This document shows positions 17,693 to 27,014 of a stretch of DNA of 64,000 bases, in pieces (positions within the stretch are counted from its first letter, which is position 1; every line of letters starts with the position of its first letter). Position numbers and translations under genes: made by a program. Below the pieces are notes generated by a model. That model ran no database searches. It was given only the letters and a program-made list of their open reading frames with translations, and had not been told where the DNA came from. This stretch comes from a virus. The stretch is from the IMG/VR virus record IMGVR_UViG_3300045988_118801, positions 17,384-81,383 of that record, one strand, 5' to 3'.

Positions 17693-18124
17693 TTATTTAA
17701 GTAAATTACCCAACCATTTCATTCTCTGAACTATATGCAAACATAAAGTCATATATTCGTCTACTTGCTCTTTTGTAGGGATACCGCTTTCATACCCGCT
17801 TATACCTAACAATGTATCGCAACTGCTACATGAGCCGTAATAGTTGTCAAATACGTAATAATTGCTAGCGTCAGGCTGATAACAATCCATGTGCAATAGG
17901 AATATCTGCGTGCCTTGATAATATCCATGGTCCGACACTTCAAATTCTTCTGAAAACATTTCGTCATTTCTTAAATCACCATAGTTAAGGCAATGATGTA
18001 TAAGAGCCAACACTATTTTGGAGTATTCGTCATATTCAGACTGCGGTGTTACTTCAAAATACTTTCTAAGGTTTTCCTTACCTCTTTCCCATCTTTCAAT
18101 AATTTCATTTTCCATAACTTCCAA
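17693..18124 (-). CDS. Hypothetical protein
   Basis: ORF track. Confidence 0.5.
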   Translation of the reverse strand: MEVMENEIIERWERGKENLRKYFEVTPQSEYDEYSKIVLALIHHCLNYGDLRNDEMFSEEFEVSDHGYYQGTQIFLLHMDCYQPDASNYYVFDNYYGSCSSCDTLLGISGYESGIPTKEQVDEYMTLCLHIVQRMKWLGNLLK

Positions 18125-18257
18125 TTATTTTAGTCAGTAACTCAATATTTCTTTCAATTCTTTCGCAAACGATGTCTATTTCAAGAAACTCTTTCGCTTC
18201 CTCTTCTGTTTGGCAATTTACTACTTTGCCTTTTAGTAATTCTTGCAGCTGTTTCAT
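18105..18257 (-). CDS. Small hypothetical protein
   Basis: The ATG at 18257 is preceded by GAGGAGG. The track ORF start at 18290 is an upstream alternative codon. Confidence 0.4.
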   Translation of the reverse strand: MKQLQELLKGKVVNCQTEEEAKEFLEIDIVCERIERNIELLTKIIGSYGK

Positions 18258-18261
18258 GTCA

Positions 18262-18638
18262 TTCCTCCTCATACCATTTAGTAAATTCAACGTATTTTTT
18301 TACCCAAAATAAAGTGCCTTCTTTTGTACGAGTGGGTTTAAATATCTTACCACTTCGGCAGCCTTAAAACGTATATTCGTCTGTGCAATCATCTGCCTTC
18401 CGTCTGATTCCCTGCTATCGCACGCCCTCTTGGAATTTCGCCAAGTCTTTCATTGCAGGGTTATTCATCCAACCGAAACGTAACTTCTCCGATAAGGTTT
18501 GGATATACTCGCTTTTAAGGTATATAAAACGAGAAAAACCGAACTCAGACAAACTATCTGAACTCGGCTTCTCGTATCGTTTGCGCTTGCAGATAGAGTT
18601 ATTTTAACTTTGGGTAGCCTATCTACATTTTTGCGCAT
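18262..18638 (-). pseudogene. Decayed gene: protein-like frame with in-frame TAG and TAA and an apparent upstream frameshift
   Basis: The frame 18603-18262 reads NSICKRKRYEKPSSDSLSEFGFSRFIYLKSEYIQTLSEKLRFGWMNNPAMKDLAKFQEGVR*QGIRRKADDCTDEYTF*GCRSGKIFKPTRTKEGTLFWVKKYVEFTKWYEEE*. It ends 1 nt before the next ATG. The only plausible start (ATG 18638) is in another frame. Confidence 0.45.
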
Positions 18639-19087
18639 ATATAATATTTTATTTTATAATGTCGTCTTAATGCTTCAAATGCTACCCAATTCATCTGAAT
18701 ACACCGCGAATATAATACATAAATTCCAAACATCCAAATTTATTAACTTTATTTAACTTTGTGGGAATTAATCACCAAATTGGCGACATTCCCGTAGGCA
18801 ACATTGATTTGCTGTTTAAGCATCTTCTTACTGCCTTTTCAATTAAATAAAGAACTATTTTCATTGTTGTTTGGTTTTTGGTTAGTGCATCGGCAGGATT
18901 CGATACCTGCAATCGCTTCCGCACTTCTGCGCTGAAACCTTTTTTTGTTTAATGTGTGGTTCGGCTACCACATTACAGTTTTTTGCGTCTACTTCCGCCA
19001 CGATACCATTCTCAAATCCAAAAGCATCTATTCTCCCGAACCAATGCTTTCAATCAAAAAAAATTATGAATTTATTATTATTCTTTG

Positions 19088-19118
19088 CAAATATACAAAC
19101 TTATTTCGTATCTGCAAA
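19088..19118 (-). promoter_or_regulatory. Bacteroidota-type promoter (TTTG-N19-TATATTTG) firing leftward into an ORF-poor segment
   Basis: On the minus strand, TTTG is at 19118-19115 and TATATTTG at 19095-19088 with a 19-nt spacer. Confidence 0.6.
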
Positions 19119-19391
19119 ATTTTCTATCTTTTTTTTACAAGTTTCTACTTTATCACGCAGATTCTTGTCGTATTTCAGGCGAAATTCCATGTTTATAACA
19201 TGATGTCTTATGTTGGAATGAACAAATCCGTAAATCTCGCCTAGCTTTATGTATTTCAGGTCTGTATATTGCCTTAAAAGATAAAACAATGTAGCACGTG
19301 CTTCTATGTATTCCATCTTTTTAGTGTTCCTGAACAAGTCCTCTATTCCGAAAACTTTAGAAACTACATTTTCATAATATTCAAGTTTCAT
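19101..19391 (-). CDS. Small HTH protein resembling the DnaA C-terminal domain (paralogue of 1730..2044)
   Basis: KKMEYIEARATLFYLLRQYTDLKYIKLGEIYGFVHSNIRH. Confidence 0.5.
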   Translation of the reverse strand: MKLEYYENVVSKVFGIEDLFRNTKKMEYIEARATLFYLLRQYTDLKYIKLGEIYGFVHSNIRHHVINMEFRLKYDKNLRDKVETCKKKIENFADTK

Positions 19392-19394
19392 ATC

Positions 19395-19778
19395 CTATTC
19401 CTCCACACTTAATGCTTCGTCAATACTATCTTCTGTCTTAGGCTTGTTGCCCCACCTTCTCTTATAGTTAGACCACGGAAACATGTGACCGATAAACTTT
19501 ACCTGTTCATAGAATCCGGCTTCCTTTATTTTCAGATACTCATGCTTCACCAACGGATTGAAACAAAGCGAAAGGTAATGTGTAATATTCTGCGGATTCG
19601 GTCGTCTTGGTGTCACATACATTTCCATCAGCAAGTGTCCTTTACTTGTGAAGTGCATACCGTTTTCTTTTATCGGTATGCTGATACATTCTACGGTTTC
19701 TCCGTTGAAAACTCTTTCGTGAACTTCTGCACCAATCAGCCGTTCTACTTCCAATACTTGTTTATACTGCTGCGGCAT
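19395..19778 (-). CDS. Hypothetical protein
   Basis: ORF track; 4 nt downstream of the ATPase gene. Confidence 0.5.
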   Translation of the reverse strand: MPQQYKQVLEVERLIGAEVHERVFNGETVECISIPIKENGMHFTSKGHLLMEMYVTPRRPNPQNITHYLSLCFNPLVKHEYLKIKEAGFYEQVKFIGHMFPWSNYKRRWGNKPKTEDSIDEALSVEE

Positions 19779-19782
19779 AACC

Positions 19783-21729
19783 TCAATCTTTAATTTCTAC
19801 ACTAAATTCACTACCATTGTTCCACATCTTGATAGTCTGATTTTCTATCAATGGGTAATTATCTTCATCTACCGTATGCGATTCATCAATGAATATCGGC
19901 AGATTAAGACCATAGAACTTCTGAAAACCTAACGACAAATCAAGTCCGCATCTGACTTTGCTTGCTGCATTTGTAACTTGTGCCGACACACCTTCTGAAT
20001 CGAGTATCCGGCAATCAGGTACGATATCACCGCTTTTGTTCGCCGAAGTCATTACAACGGAAATATAGTCGAACATTCCGTTTACCTTGTCAGAAACAAG
20101 CTGTGCTTTCTCCTGCTCGTACTTTATAGCTTTGTTGAGCATACCTTCAAGTCTTGCAAGTTCGATACTGCTTTCTCTAAGTTCATTCTGTTTGTGTCTG
20201 ATAACCTCAATCTGCTTGTCGTATGTATCTTTTACACCGAGTTTTTTAGACAGTTCCTCAACATCATTCATAAGGTCTTTCTTCATGTTGATTAAAGCCG
20301 CATTGTCCTGCGTTGGTACAACCGTCATATTTGCCTTCTTATTTGAGATTTCAGCCAGTTTCTCTTTTCCTTCGATAGTTCCCTTATACGGAACAAAATT
20401 CTTTCTCAAATCGGATAATCTATTTTCAAGTTCAGTTTTGTCAAGTAAAGGCTTTTCGGTATATCCTTTTTCGATAACAGCCATTGCTTCATCAATCTCT
20501 TTCTTTACCTCGGCAATCTTCTCATTGTTCGCTCTACCTTCTGCTACAATAGCATTGTGTTTGGCTTCTTTTCTTTCAAAGAACTGCTTCTTAGCTTCCT
20601 CAAGTTTATCTTCCGGCAAAGTCTGTCCGCAATAGGCACACTTGTCGTCAGTGAATACCATTGCTTTTACTTCTTCGTTCTGTTTAAGTAATGTGTTGCG
20701 ATACTCGTTCAGCTTTTCAAGTTTAGATGTTGCCGATTTAAGCGTTTTCTCTGCGTTCTCGATAGATTGCTTGGATAATTCGTTTTCTTTCAAAATCTGC
20801 GCATTTCTAATATCAATTTCAGCTATTTCTGCCTTAATCTTGTTGGCTTCTTCAATCGGTTTCAGATTGTATTTGCTTTCGGCTTCTGCCAACTGGTTTT
20901 CAAGTTCAGCAATCTCTTTTAATTCGGCATTTCTCTTGTCGATATACTGCTGAACACTTTCGCTGCTACCTGTAATCTGTGCGTCAATGTCGGCAATCTG
21001 TTTCTTTGTTTCTTCGATTTCTTTCTTAACTTCGTCCAAGCCTTGAATGTCAGGTAAACTTGTCTGCAATGTCTGAATAGTGACAGGAAGGCTTTCTACG
21101 CTTGACTTTACGGCTTTTATCTTTGCCTTGTAAGAAGTCTTGACCTCGTCAATAGGATATTTCCGTAAGTCGTTTATAATGTCAGTATAGTCACCTTTCA
21201 TTTCAGATTCATCAATATCTCCTACAAGCGATTCAAAGTGCTTACGCATATCTTTCCAATCAAGTGATTCGTAATGTCTGATATTCAGCATAAGTTTCAG
21301 CTTGTCGAAAGGTGCAAATGTTTCTTCAATAAATGACTTGTAATCTCCTGCGCTTCTTTCAATGCTGTCAATATAAAACTTGTAATCGTCAGTAGCTTTC
21401 TTTTCGTATTCCTCACGACCTTTCTTTCTCGTCCAACCTTGCTTTGCGGTCTTTTTCAGCGTATATTCTACTCCGTCAATATCCAATACGGCTTCGGCGG
21501 ACGCAAGTTTTGAGTTTTCATAAGTAAGCGACAAGGTATCATCGAACAATTTGTAGTTGATTCTGTCTTGTTCGTCCGCTCCAGTGAACAACCAAAGCCA
21601 AGCATTGAAACAGCTTGATTTACCTGATTTGTTTCTGCCTTTTATTTCTGTATTGTGACCGAAGTTTATAACTTTGTTCTGTCCTCGCCAATCCTGCAAG
21701 GTTAGTTTTTTAAGAGTTGTTGTTTTCAT
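19783..21729 (-). CDS. Rad50/SbcC-like AAA ATPase with long coiled coil and CxxC hook
   Basis: Walker A GRNKSGKSS, about 400 aa of coiled coil with a central DDKCAYCGQ, and a C-terminal LPIFIDESH (Walker B / D-loop-like). Confidence 0.75.
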   Translation of the reverse strand: MKTTTLKKLTLQDWRGQNKVINFGHNTEIKGRNKSGKSSCFNAWLWLFTGADEQDRINYKLFDDTLSLTYENSKLASAEAVLDIDGVEYTLKKTAKQGWTRKKGREEYEKKATDDYKFYIDSIERSAGDYKSFIEETFAPFDKLKLMLNIRHYESLDWKDMRKHFESLVGDIDESEMKGDYTDIINDLRKYPIDEVKTSYKAKIKAVKSSVESLPVTIQTLQTSLPDIQGLDEVKKEIEETKKQIADIDAQITGSSESVQQYIDKRNAELKEIAELENQLAEAESKYNLKPIEEANKIKAEIAEIDIRNAQILKENELSKQSIENAEKTLKSATSKLEKLNEYRNTLLKQNEEVKAMVFTDDKCAYCGQTLPEDKLEEAKKQFFERKEAKHNAIVAEGRANNEKIAEVKKEIDEAMAVIEKGYTEKPLLDKTELENRLSDLRKNFVPYKGTIEGKEKLAEISNKKANMTVVPTQDNAALINMKKDLMNDVEELSKKLGVKDTYDKQIEVIRHKQNELRESSIELARLEGMLNKAIKYEQEKAQLVSDKVNGMFDYISVVMTSANKSGDIVPDCRILDSEGVSAQVTNAASKVRCGLDLSLGFQKFYGLNLPIFIDESHTVDEDNYPLIENQTIKMWNNGSEFSVEIKD

Positions 21730-21932
21730 ACTAATTTAATATTTACTCGTTTAACTTCAAGTGCTTTCAAGATTCTATCCAAAACTTCGATTGTAGTATT
21801 GCTACCTGCTTCGATATTTCGGAACTGGTTTAAAGTAATACCTGCTCTTTTTGCAAGTTCACTTTTGCTTAATTTCTGCTTTGTTCGTTCTTCGTTTATC
21901 AGATTTATAAAAAATTCTTTCATATAATTCAC
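21726..21932 (-). CDS. XRE-family HTH transcriptional regulator
   Basis: KLSKSELAKRAGITLNQFRNIEAG. Confidence 0.75.
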   Translation of the reverse strand: MNYMKEFFINLINEERTKQKLSKSELAKRAGITLNQFRNIEAGSNTTIEVLDRILKALEVKRVNIKLV

Positions 21933-21997
21933 AAATTTATTTATTACAAATATACAAATATATTTATTATTGAGTGCAAATATATTGTTATTTATTG

Positions 21998-22312
21998 TTA
22001 ATTGGATTCTTTTTTTAGTTCTTCGATTAAGGCGTCAGCAAACTCAACAGACCATTTTACAATATCGGTTACATAACATCCGCAGTCAACTCTCCCTTGC
22101 TCATGTTGCAAACTGATAAATACCTTAGAGTATTCTTTTGCCAGTTCGTATCTTCTCCACTCCGAATCAATATTGCCGTTTACTTTTTCATTTTCGATAA
22201 ACTCCAATTTTGAAACTCTTATATAACCACCGTCAACAATTAATGCAGTGCCATCGTCATACAAATTTTCTATATCTACTATTTCTCCAGTTTCTTTAAT
22301 TCTTGCTTTCAT
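21998..22312 (-). CDS. Hypothetical protein
   Basis: ORF track. Confidence 0.45.
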   Translation of the reverse strand: MKARIKETGEIVDIENLYDDGTALIVDGGYIRVSKLEFIENEKVNGNIDSEWRRYELAKEYSKVFISLQHEQGRVDCGCYVTDIVKWSVEFADALIEELKKESN

Positions 22313-22469
22313 AAATATACCATTTAATCATTACTACCTTGTCTTTATCACTCATATCTGATTTACAGACATTGTTCATGTAGTTTATTATTCTTTCTAC
22401 ATCTTTAATCGGCACGACTAAACTTCTTGGGTCTAGTTCGCTTGCTTGGTATTTGCGGAGTTTCATAAA

Positions 22470-22874
22470 TTAACATTCACCTTTCTTCTTGTTTAGCTTT
22501 AAAATAACGTTATTTAGTGAAGTCTTTAAACTTTTAATTTGTTTTCTAAGTTCTTTGTTTTGCCTTTTCATAGAATCTATTCTTATAATATTATCAATGT
22601 CCTCTTCTGATTTACTACATTCAATATTATGTGCTTTTATTATTTTATTTAATGATTGTATTTCTTTTTTCTGATTTTCTATTTTACTTTTAAGTTCATT
22701 AACCATTAGACCAGATTCGAGTTCTATAATATAACTTTCCAATTCTCCAAGTCTTTGCAGTTTATCTTTATAGAAAGATTTTCTTTCTTCATCATACTTT
22801 TTGAATCGTTCGATTGCGAATTTTAATTTTGCAATTTCATAATCACGAGCGTCTTTAAACAACGATTTGTTCAT
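22470..22874 (-). CDS. Coiled-coil protein
   Basis: Start taken at ATG 22874, which overlaps the GNAT stop as ATGA. Confidence 0.45.
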   Translation of the reverse strand: MNKSLFKDARDYEIAKLKFAIERFKKYDEERKSFYKDKLQRLGELESYIIELESGLMVNELKSKIENQKKEIQSLNKIIKAHNIECSKSEEDIDNIIRIDSMKRQNKELRKQIKSLKTSLNNVILKLNKKKGEC

Positions 22875-23239
22875 AATGTAATCAAATTTTTTATCATCCA
22901 CACTGCATTTTCTTCATCTTGATGTTCGCTACAATATTCAAATCCTAAACATATATACCAATTCAGCACCCAGCTATCTTTGTAGCACCAAAGCATACAT
23001 TCTCTTGCGCCTAAGTCAATACATTTTTGAATCAACTTATTAAGAAGTTCACTTCCTATTGTTTTTAATCTTTCATTTTCTGAAACATGAAGTCCTTCGA
23101 TATAGGCAATATCAGGTTCATCGCTGTAATAATATACTCTTCCAACGGCTTTACCGTTTTCCTCCATAAATATATAATCATTACCCCATCTGTTATGCCT
23201 TTCATGTTCTATAAATCTGTAAAATTCTTTCTTTCTCAT
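22871..23239 (-). CDS. GNAT-family N-acetyltransferase
   Basis: IEGLHVSENERLKTIGSELLNKLIQKCIDLGARECMLW resembles the acetyl-CoA binding region (Q/RxxGxG/A-like). Confidence 0.6.
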   Translation of the reverse strand: MRKKEFYRFIEHERHNRWGNDYIFMEENGKAVGRVYYYSDEPDIAYIEGLHVSENERLKTIGSELLNKLIQKCIDLGARECMLWCYKDSWVLNWYICLGFEYCSEHQDEENAVWMIKNLITL

Positions 23240-23270
23240 AGCTTACAATCCTAACCAACATTTAACATCA

Positions 23271-23489
23271 TCATACAAATCTTTCAATTCTGCTTATTAC
23301 ATCCAGTGCATCCTTGTTGCATAACGTATCAATAGGCTCTATGCTTGTTATACTTTCAAATTCAGAAGGATTGTCAAAGTCCGTTCTCACATAGTTCATA
23401 AACTCGTCCTTTACATAATCTTCTGCCGTCTTTTCTGCGCATGACATCAAGGCAAATACGGCAAATGCTGATAAAAATAACTTTTTCAT
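23271..23489 (-). CDS. Small lipoprotein
   Basis: MKKLFLSAFAVFALMSC lipobox. Confidence 0.55.
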   Translation of the reverse strand: MKKLFLSAFAVFALMSCAEKTAEDYVKDEFMNYVRTDFDNPSEFESITSIEPIDTLCNKDALDVISRIERFV

Positions 23490-23493
23490 AATT

Positions 23494-23937
23494 CTACTTA
23501 TTAATTAATTCCTTATACTTCTTTTCAATATCCCTATGATAGCTATAATTCGCTCTAGGATTGTGCCGCTTAATTGCTAGATGCAAATCTTTCTCAGGAT
23601 TGAAATGCGACTGATACAAGTTAAACATCTCAATAGACTTACTTCTGCTATATCGGTCGGATAGCTTGTACTTCTCATGCCCTGCAATCTTATTACATTG
23701 CTTCAAGTAAATAGGCGTTATCTGCATACATCCGACAGCGTTTGTTTTATGATTCACTGCCCTATTGTTTCCGTTGCTTTCCCTCCAAATAATAGCTTCT
23801 ATCAACTTTTCCCAATTTACTTGCTCTTTCTCTATTCTTACCACTTCGATAACTTCTTTCCCTCGTGGTATCACTTCTGCCCAGACATACGATGTTATCA
23901 GGCAGCTAATTATTGCGGTTATTAGGTTTTCTTTCAT
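23494..23937 (-). CDS. Lytic transglycosylase (SLT/lysozyme-like) with N-terminal anchor
   Basis: AIIWRESNGNNRAVN...AVGCMQI catalytic-Glu motif. Confidence 0.7.
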   Translation of the reverse strand: MKENLITAIISCLITSYVWAEVIPRGKEVIEVVRIEKEQVNWEKLIEAIIWRESNGNNRAVNHKTNAVGCMQITPIYLKQCNKIAGHEKYKLSDRYSRSKSIEMFNLYQSHFNPEKDLHLAIKRHNPRANYSYHRDIEKKYKELINK

Positions 23938-23938
23938 A

Positions 23939-25120
23939 TTAAATCAAATTTATAATATTTTCGTTTGCTTTGTCTATCTCCTTGTTCCCGAATGATGCAA
24001 GATATACTTGTGTTACTTTTTCACTACTATGTCCCATACTCTTGCTAATCACAGATAAAGGAATATTTGCTACATTTTGTGCTATACTCGCCCAACTATG
24101 TCTTGCAACATACATTGTTAAATTTGCATCAATTCCACAATAAACGGCTAGTTCTTTTAAACTTTTATTAGTATATTCAAGGCAATTCCTTTCTTTGGCG
24201 TATTCGTCAGCCTTACATGTTGCTATCGGGAAGATATAATCACCATCAGTACGCACATACTTTTCAATAATTTTCTTAATATCTTTTTCGAGTTTGATAT
24301 GAATAAGTTTACCCGTCTTTCTTCGTTGATAACTTATCATACCGTCTTGTATATTCGACTTTTTTAATGAAACAATATCAATAAAGCTCATTCCACGTGT
24401 ATAAAAACTGAACATAAACAAATCACGTGCAAAGTCAAGTTTGGGATATGCTTTCAGATTGATAGACTTTATTTTCTTAATGTCGTTTACTGATATAGCA
24501 CGTTTTACTGTCACATCAACACCTTTATAAACGTGCTTAAAAGGGTCTGTCAATGTAGGAGGTAAAACTCCATTATCAACTGCTTTATTCCAAACAGCAC
24601 GCAAATTACGAATATAGAAACTTGAAGTATTTCGCTTTAGTCCTCGTGACAACAGCCACGCTTCAAAGGATTCTACAAAATCACAATCTATATCATGTAT
24701 GCTTGTATAATCATTCCCTACAAACTCATATATTCTTTTTGCTAGGTTTTTGTAATTGTCGCTTGTTTTTGGTTTCCCAGACATTTTTAATCTTTCAGAA
24801 ATCAAAATGATATAATTTATCAAATTGTTTCTTTCGTCCTCAATAGCACGTATTACATCATCGGCAGAATAATTTGGATTTGCTTTTTCAAGTGATTCAA
24901 TGCATTTGTTTATCTGCTTGATGTATTGCTTTATTCTTTCGTTTATATCCTCATCTTTTGTACATGGGAAAGAATTATTTCCTATCCACATATCATTCAA
25001 TAGCCTTAAATCAGGATTAAATTGTCTTACAACCCGTTTTCTGATTATTTGAAAATAAATCCTGCCTTTACCGAATTGTTTTTGTGAAGGTGTAAACTTC
25101 ACCATTACTGACGTATTCAT
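23939..25120 (-). CDS. Tyrosine site-specific recombinase (Bacteroidota-type integrase)
   Basis: The C-terminal ARHSWASIAQ ... GHSSEKVTQVYL fits the R..HxxR..Y catalytic pattern. N-terminal arm/SAM-like domains are also present. Confidence 0.85.
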   Translation of the reverse strand: MNTSVMVKFTPSQKQFGKGRIYFQIIRKRVVRQFNPDLRLLNDMWIGNNSFPCTKDEDINERIKQYIKQINKCIESLEKANPNYSADDVIRAIEDERNNLINYIILISERLKMSGKPKTSDNYKNLAKRIYEFVGNDYTSIHDIDCDFVESFEAWLLSRGLKRNTSSFYIRNLRAVWNKAVDNGVLPPTLTDPFKHVYKGVDVTVKRAISVNDIKKIKSINLKAYPKLDFARDLFMFSFYTRGMSFIDIVSLKKSNIQDGMISYQRRKTGKLIHIKLEKDIKKIIEKYVRTDGDYIFPIATCKADEYAKERNCLEYTNKSLKELAVYCGIDANLTMYVARHSWASIAQNVANIPLSVISKSMGHSSEKVTQVYLASFGNKEIDKANENIINLI

Positions 25121-25491
25121 AACTTATTCTCCTTATTCCGTTCATACCAAGACATCTTCTTCCCGAACTCTTCGTCATATTCGTACTTTTCGTTCAGATC
25201 AGCCATATTGAAACTTTTCGACTGATTAAGCAAATACAGACATCTTTGCGTGTGTTTCTTGTCGTATTCTCGCTTATTCCCCTTTTTATAGTGAAACGAT
25301 TCAAGCACACATGATTCGGCTTCAAAAAGTTTATTAAAGTTGTTTTCATTAATTGCTTTCAAAGAATCTATGTAGGCAGAATTTACATCAAGGAAATCTA
25401 TCTTCCCTGCAAGCATTAAAGATACCAAAGCATATTTAATTTCATACTTTGTCTTCTTTGAAAGTTCTTCCAATAATTCAAATGTGTCCAT
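25117..25491 (-). CDS. Hypothetical protein upstream of the integrase
   Basis: ORF track; 4-nt overlap with the integrase gene. Confidence 0.45.
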   Translation of the reverse strand: MDTFELLEELSKKTKYEIKYALVSLMLAGKIDFLDVNSAYIDSLKAINENNFNKLFEAESCVLESFHYKKGNKREYDKKHTQRCLYLLNQSKSFNMADLNEKYEYDEEFGKKMSWYERNKENKL

Positions 25492-25837
25492 AACACCCTA
25501 AATTTACTATATTATTCACGCTAATTACAATTATCTCCACCCAACCTATATAATTGCACTATTCATAAAAGAAAGTCGCTAAAATAGGCTTATATAAAAT
25601 TATTTGTTAGGCTTACATGCTGCATTAATGCTTTCGCCTAAAATTGCCAAAAACATAAGTACGATAAATACCATAATTTATTCCTCCCAATTCTTTAAGT
25701 TTTCCATTAATTCGACTAGCTCGTCCTCTCCGACATTTTTATTGTCGATTGCGTCAATTATCTTTTCGGTTTCTTCATCCGTATAATTCAAGTAGCTCAG
25801 CAACCGAACGATTTTATTCTCTTCATGTATCTTCATA

Positions 25838-26038
25838 TCATTTCAGTATTTTATCTGTTAAACAGTTCATTTCCTCTTTTAAGCTCTTTGTAAACTTCTT
25901 GCCTGATTCGGTCTGCAAATTGTATGCAGTCAGCATGATGTAAAGCAAACCTATAATGTTGGGTATTACTGTTTCTGATTCATTCAACACCAACAGACAA
26001 GGCAAGAATAATATTGTGGATATAAGTAAGTTTTTCAT
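25838..26038 (-). CDS. Small membrane protein
   Basis: Two hydrophobic helices. Confidence 0.4.
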   Translation of the reverse strand: MKNLLISTILFLPCLLVLNESETVIPNIIGLLYIMLTAYNLQTESGKKFTKSLKEEMNCLTDKILK

Positions 26039-26045
26039 AATTCAA

Positions 26046-26240
26046 TTAAATTGATGTTAATATCGCTTTTTCAATCTCTTTGTATGGTTCGGTTAATTCA
26101 TCTTGTGAATATCCGTACTGATAAGCAGAATTTAACCACCATTCATACACCATTTCACCATCCACTACGTTATTGCTTATTTCTTCTGCATACAATTCTT
26201 TGAAGTGATTAACTATTTCATTTAATGTTTCTGTTTTCAT
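26046..26240 (-). CDS. Small hypothetical protein
   Basis: ORF track. Confidence 0.4.
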   Translation of the reverse strand: MKTETLNEIVNHFKELYAEEISNNVVDGEMVYEWWLNSAYQYGYSQDELTEPYKEIEKAILTSI

Positions 26241-26257
26241 AATTCAATCTCCTATAA

Positions 26258-27007
26258 TTAAAGTTCATAAATATTTTTAAGTGAAACATACATCGCTCTC
26301 GCACGTTTTTTATCGAAGCACAGACCGCTCGATGTAACTTTCCCACGCTTGTTTAGCTCGTCCGAAATAGGTTGGAAGTTCGTATTTGCGGTGATTTTAC
26401 CGTGAATCATTTGGTAGTCGGATATAAACTCCCAAAAAGCCTTATTTGCGGGATTCATACGCGCTTTTTCTCGTCTGCTTTGCGCGGATGCTTGGGAAGC
26501 TTCAGTAATTGCCTTAGTTCGGTCTGTATTTCCTTTCTTGCTTCCCCAAAGGTTATTCGTTCCTCCTACCTCCTTGTTGTTTGCTTTTCTTGCATCCAAA
26601 CCCGCTTTAGTTCGCTGCCTGATATTATTCAATTCAATTTCGGCAGCAAGTGACAAAGCAAACAATAACGCTTTGCCTCCGATAGATTTATTTTCTATAA
26701 TTGTACCATCTTTAGCCTGAACGATAGTTATTTCTCTTTCGCTTGCCTCTGTGATAATCTGGAACAAGTCCGACATATTTCTACCCAAACGTGATAATTC
26801 ACTGATATAAATCGTGCTACCTTTGTCACATTGCTTTAATAGTTCGTTTAGCTTTCTTTCTGTATGCTTTACAGACCCGCTAACCTTTTCAACTACTTGC
26901 AATAGTTCGCCCTTTTCACCTATTCGGGATAAATAGCTCGTCACTACTTCGTTTTGTTGGGCAAAATCTTGGGATTCTGTTGAGCATCTAAAGTATATTG
27001 CTTTCAT
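26258..27007 (-). CDS. Small serine recombinase (resolvase/invertase family)
   Basis: N-terminal MKAIYFRCSTESQD, then ISELSRLGRN, then an E-helix region and a C-terminal HTH-like segment. Confidence 0.8.
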   Translation of the reverse strand: MKAIYFRCSTESQDFAQQNEVVTSYLSRIGEKGELLQVVEKVSGSVKHTERKLNELLKQCDKGSTIYISELSRLGRNMSDLFQIITEASEREITIVQAKDGTIIENKSIGGKALLFALSLAAEIELNNIRQRTKAGLDARKANNKEVGGTNNLWGSKKGNTDRTKAITEASQASAQSRREKARMNPANKAFWEFISDYQMIHGKITANTNFQPISDELNKRGKVTSSGLCFDKKRARAMYVSLKNIYEL

Positions 27008-27014
27008 AATTCAA

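Noticed and set aside
18893-18910. tRNA gene suggested by a T-arm-like GCAGG-TATCGAAT-CCTGC on the minus strand.
   Set aside because: The loop has 8 nt, not 7. No complementary acceptor 5' strand, D-arm or anticodon arm can be placed at the proper distances.
18262-19080. Group I intron, suggested by GTTCAGATAG and AAGATAT strings vaguely like R/S core elements plus endonuclease-like ORF debris.
   Set aside because: The flanking ORFs (19101..19391 and 18105..18257) look complete on their own, so no split host gene exists. The core-element matches are short and I cannot build P3-P7 pairings by eye.
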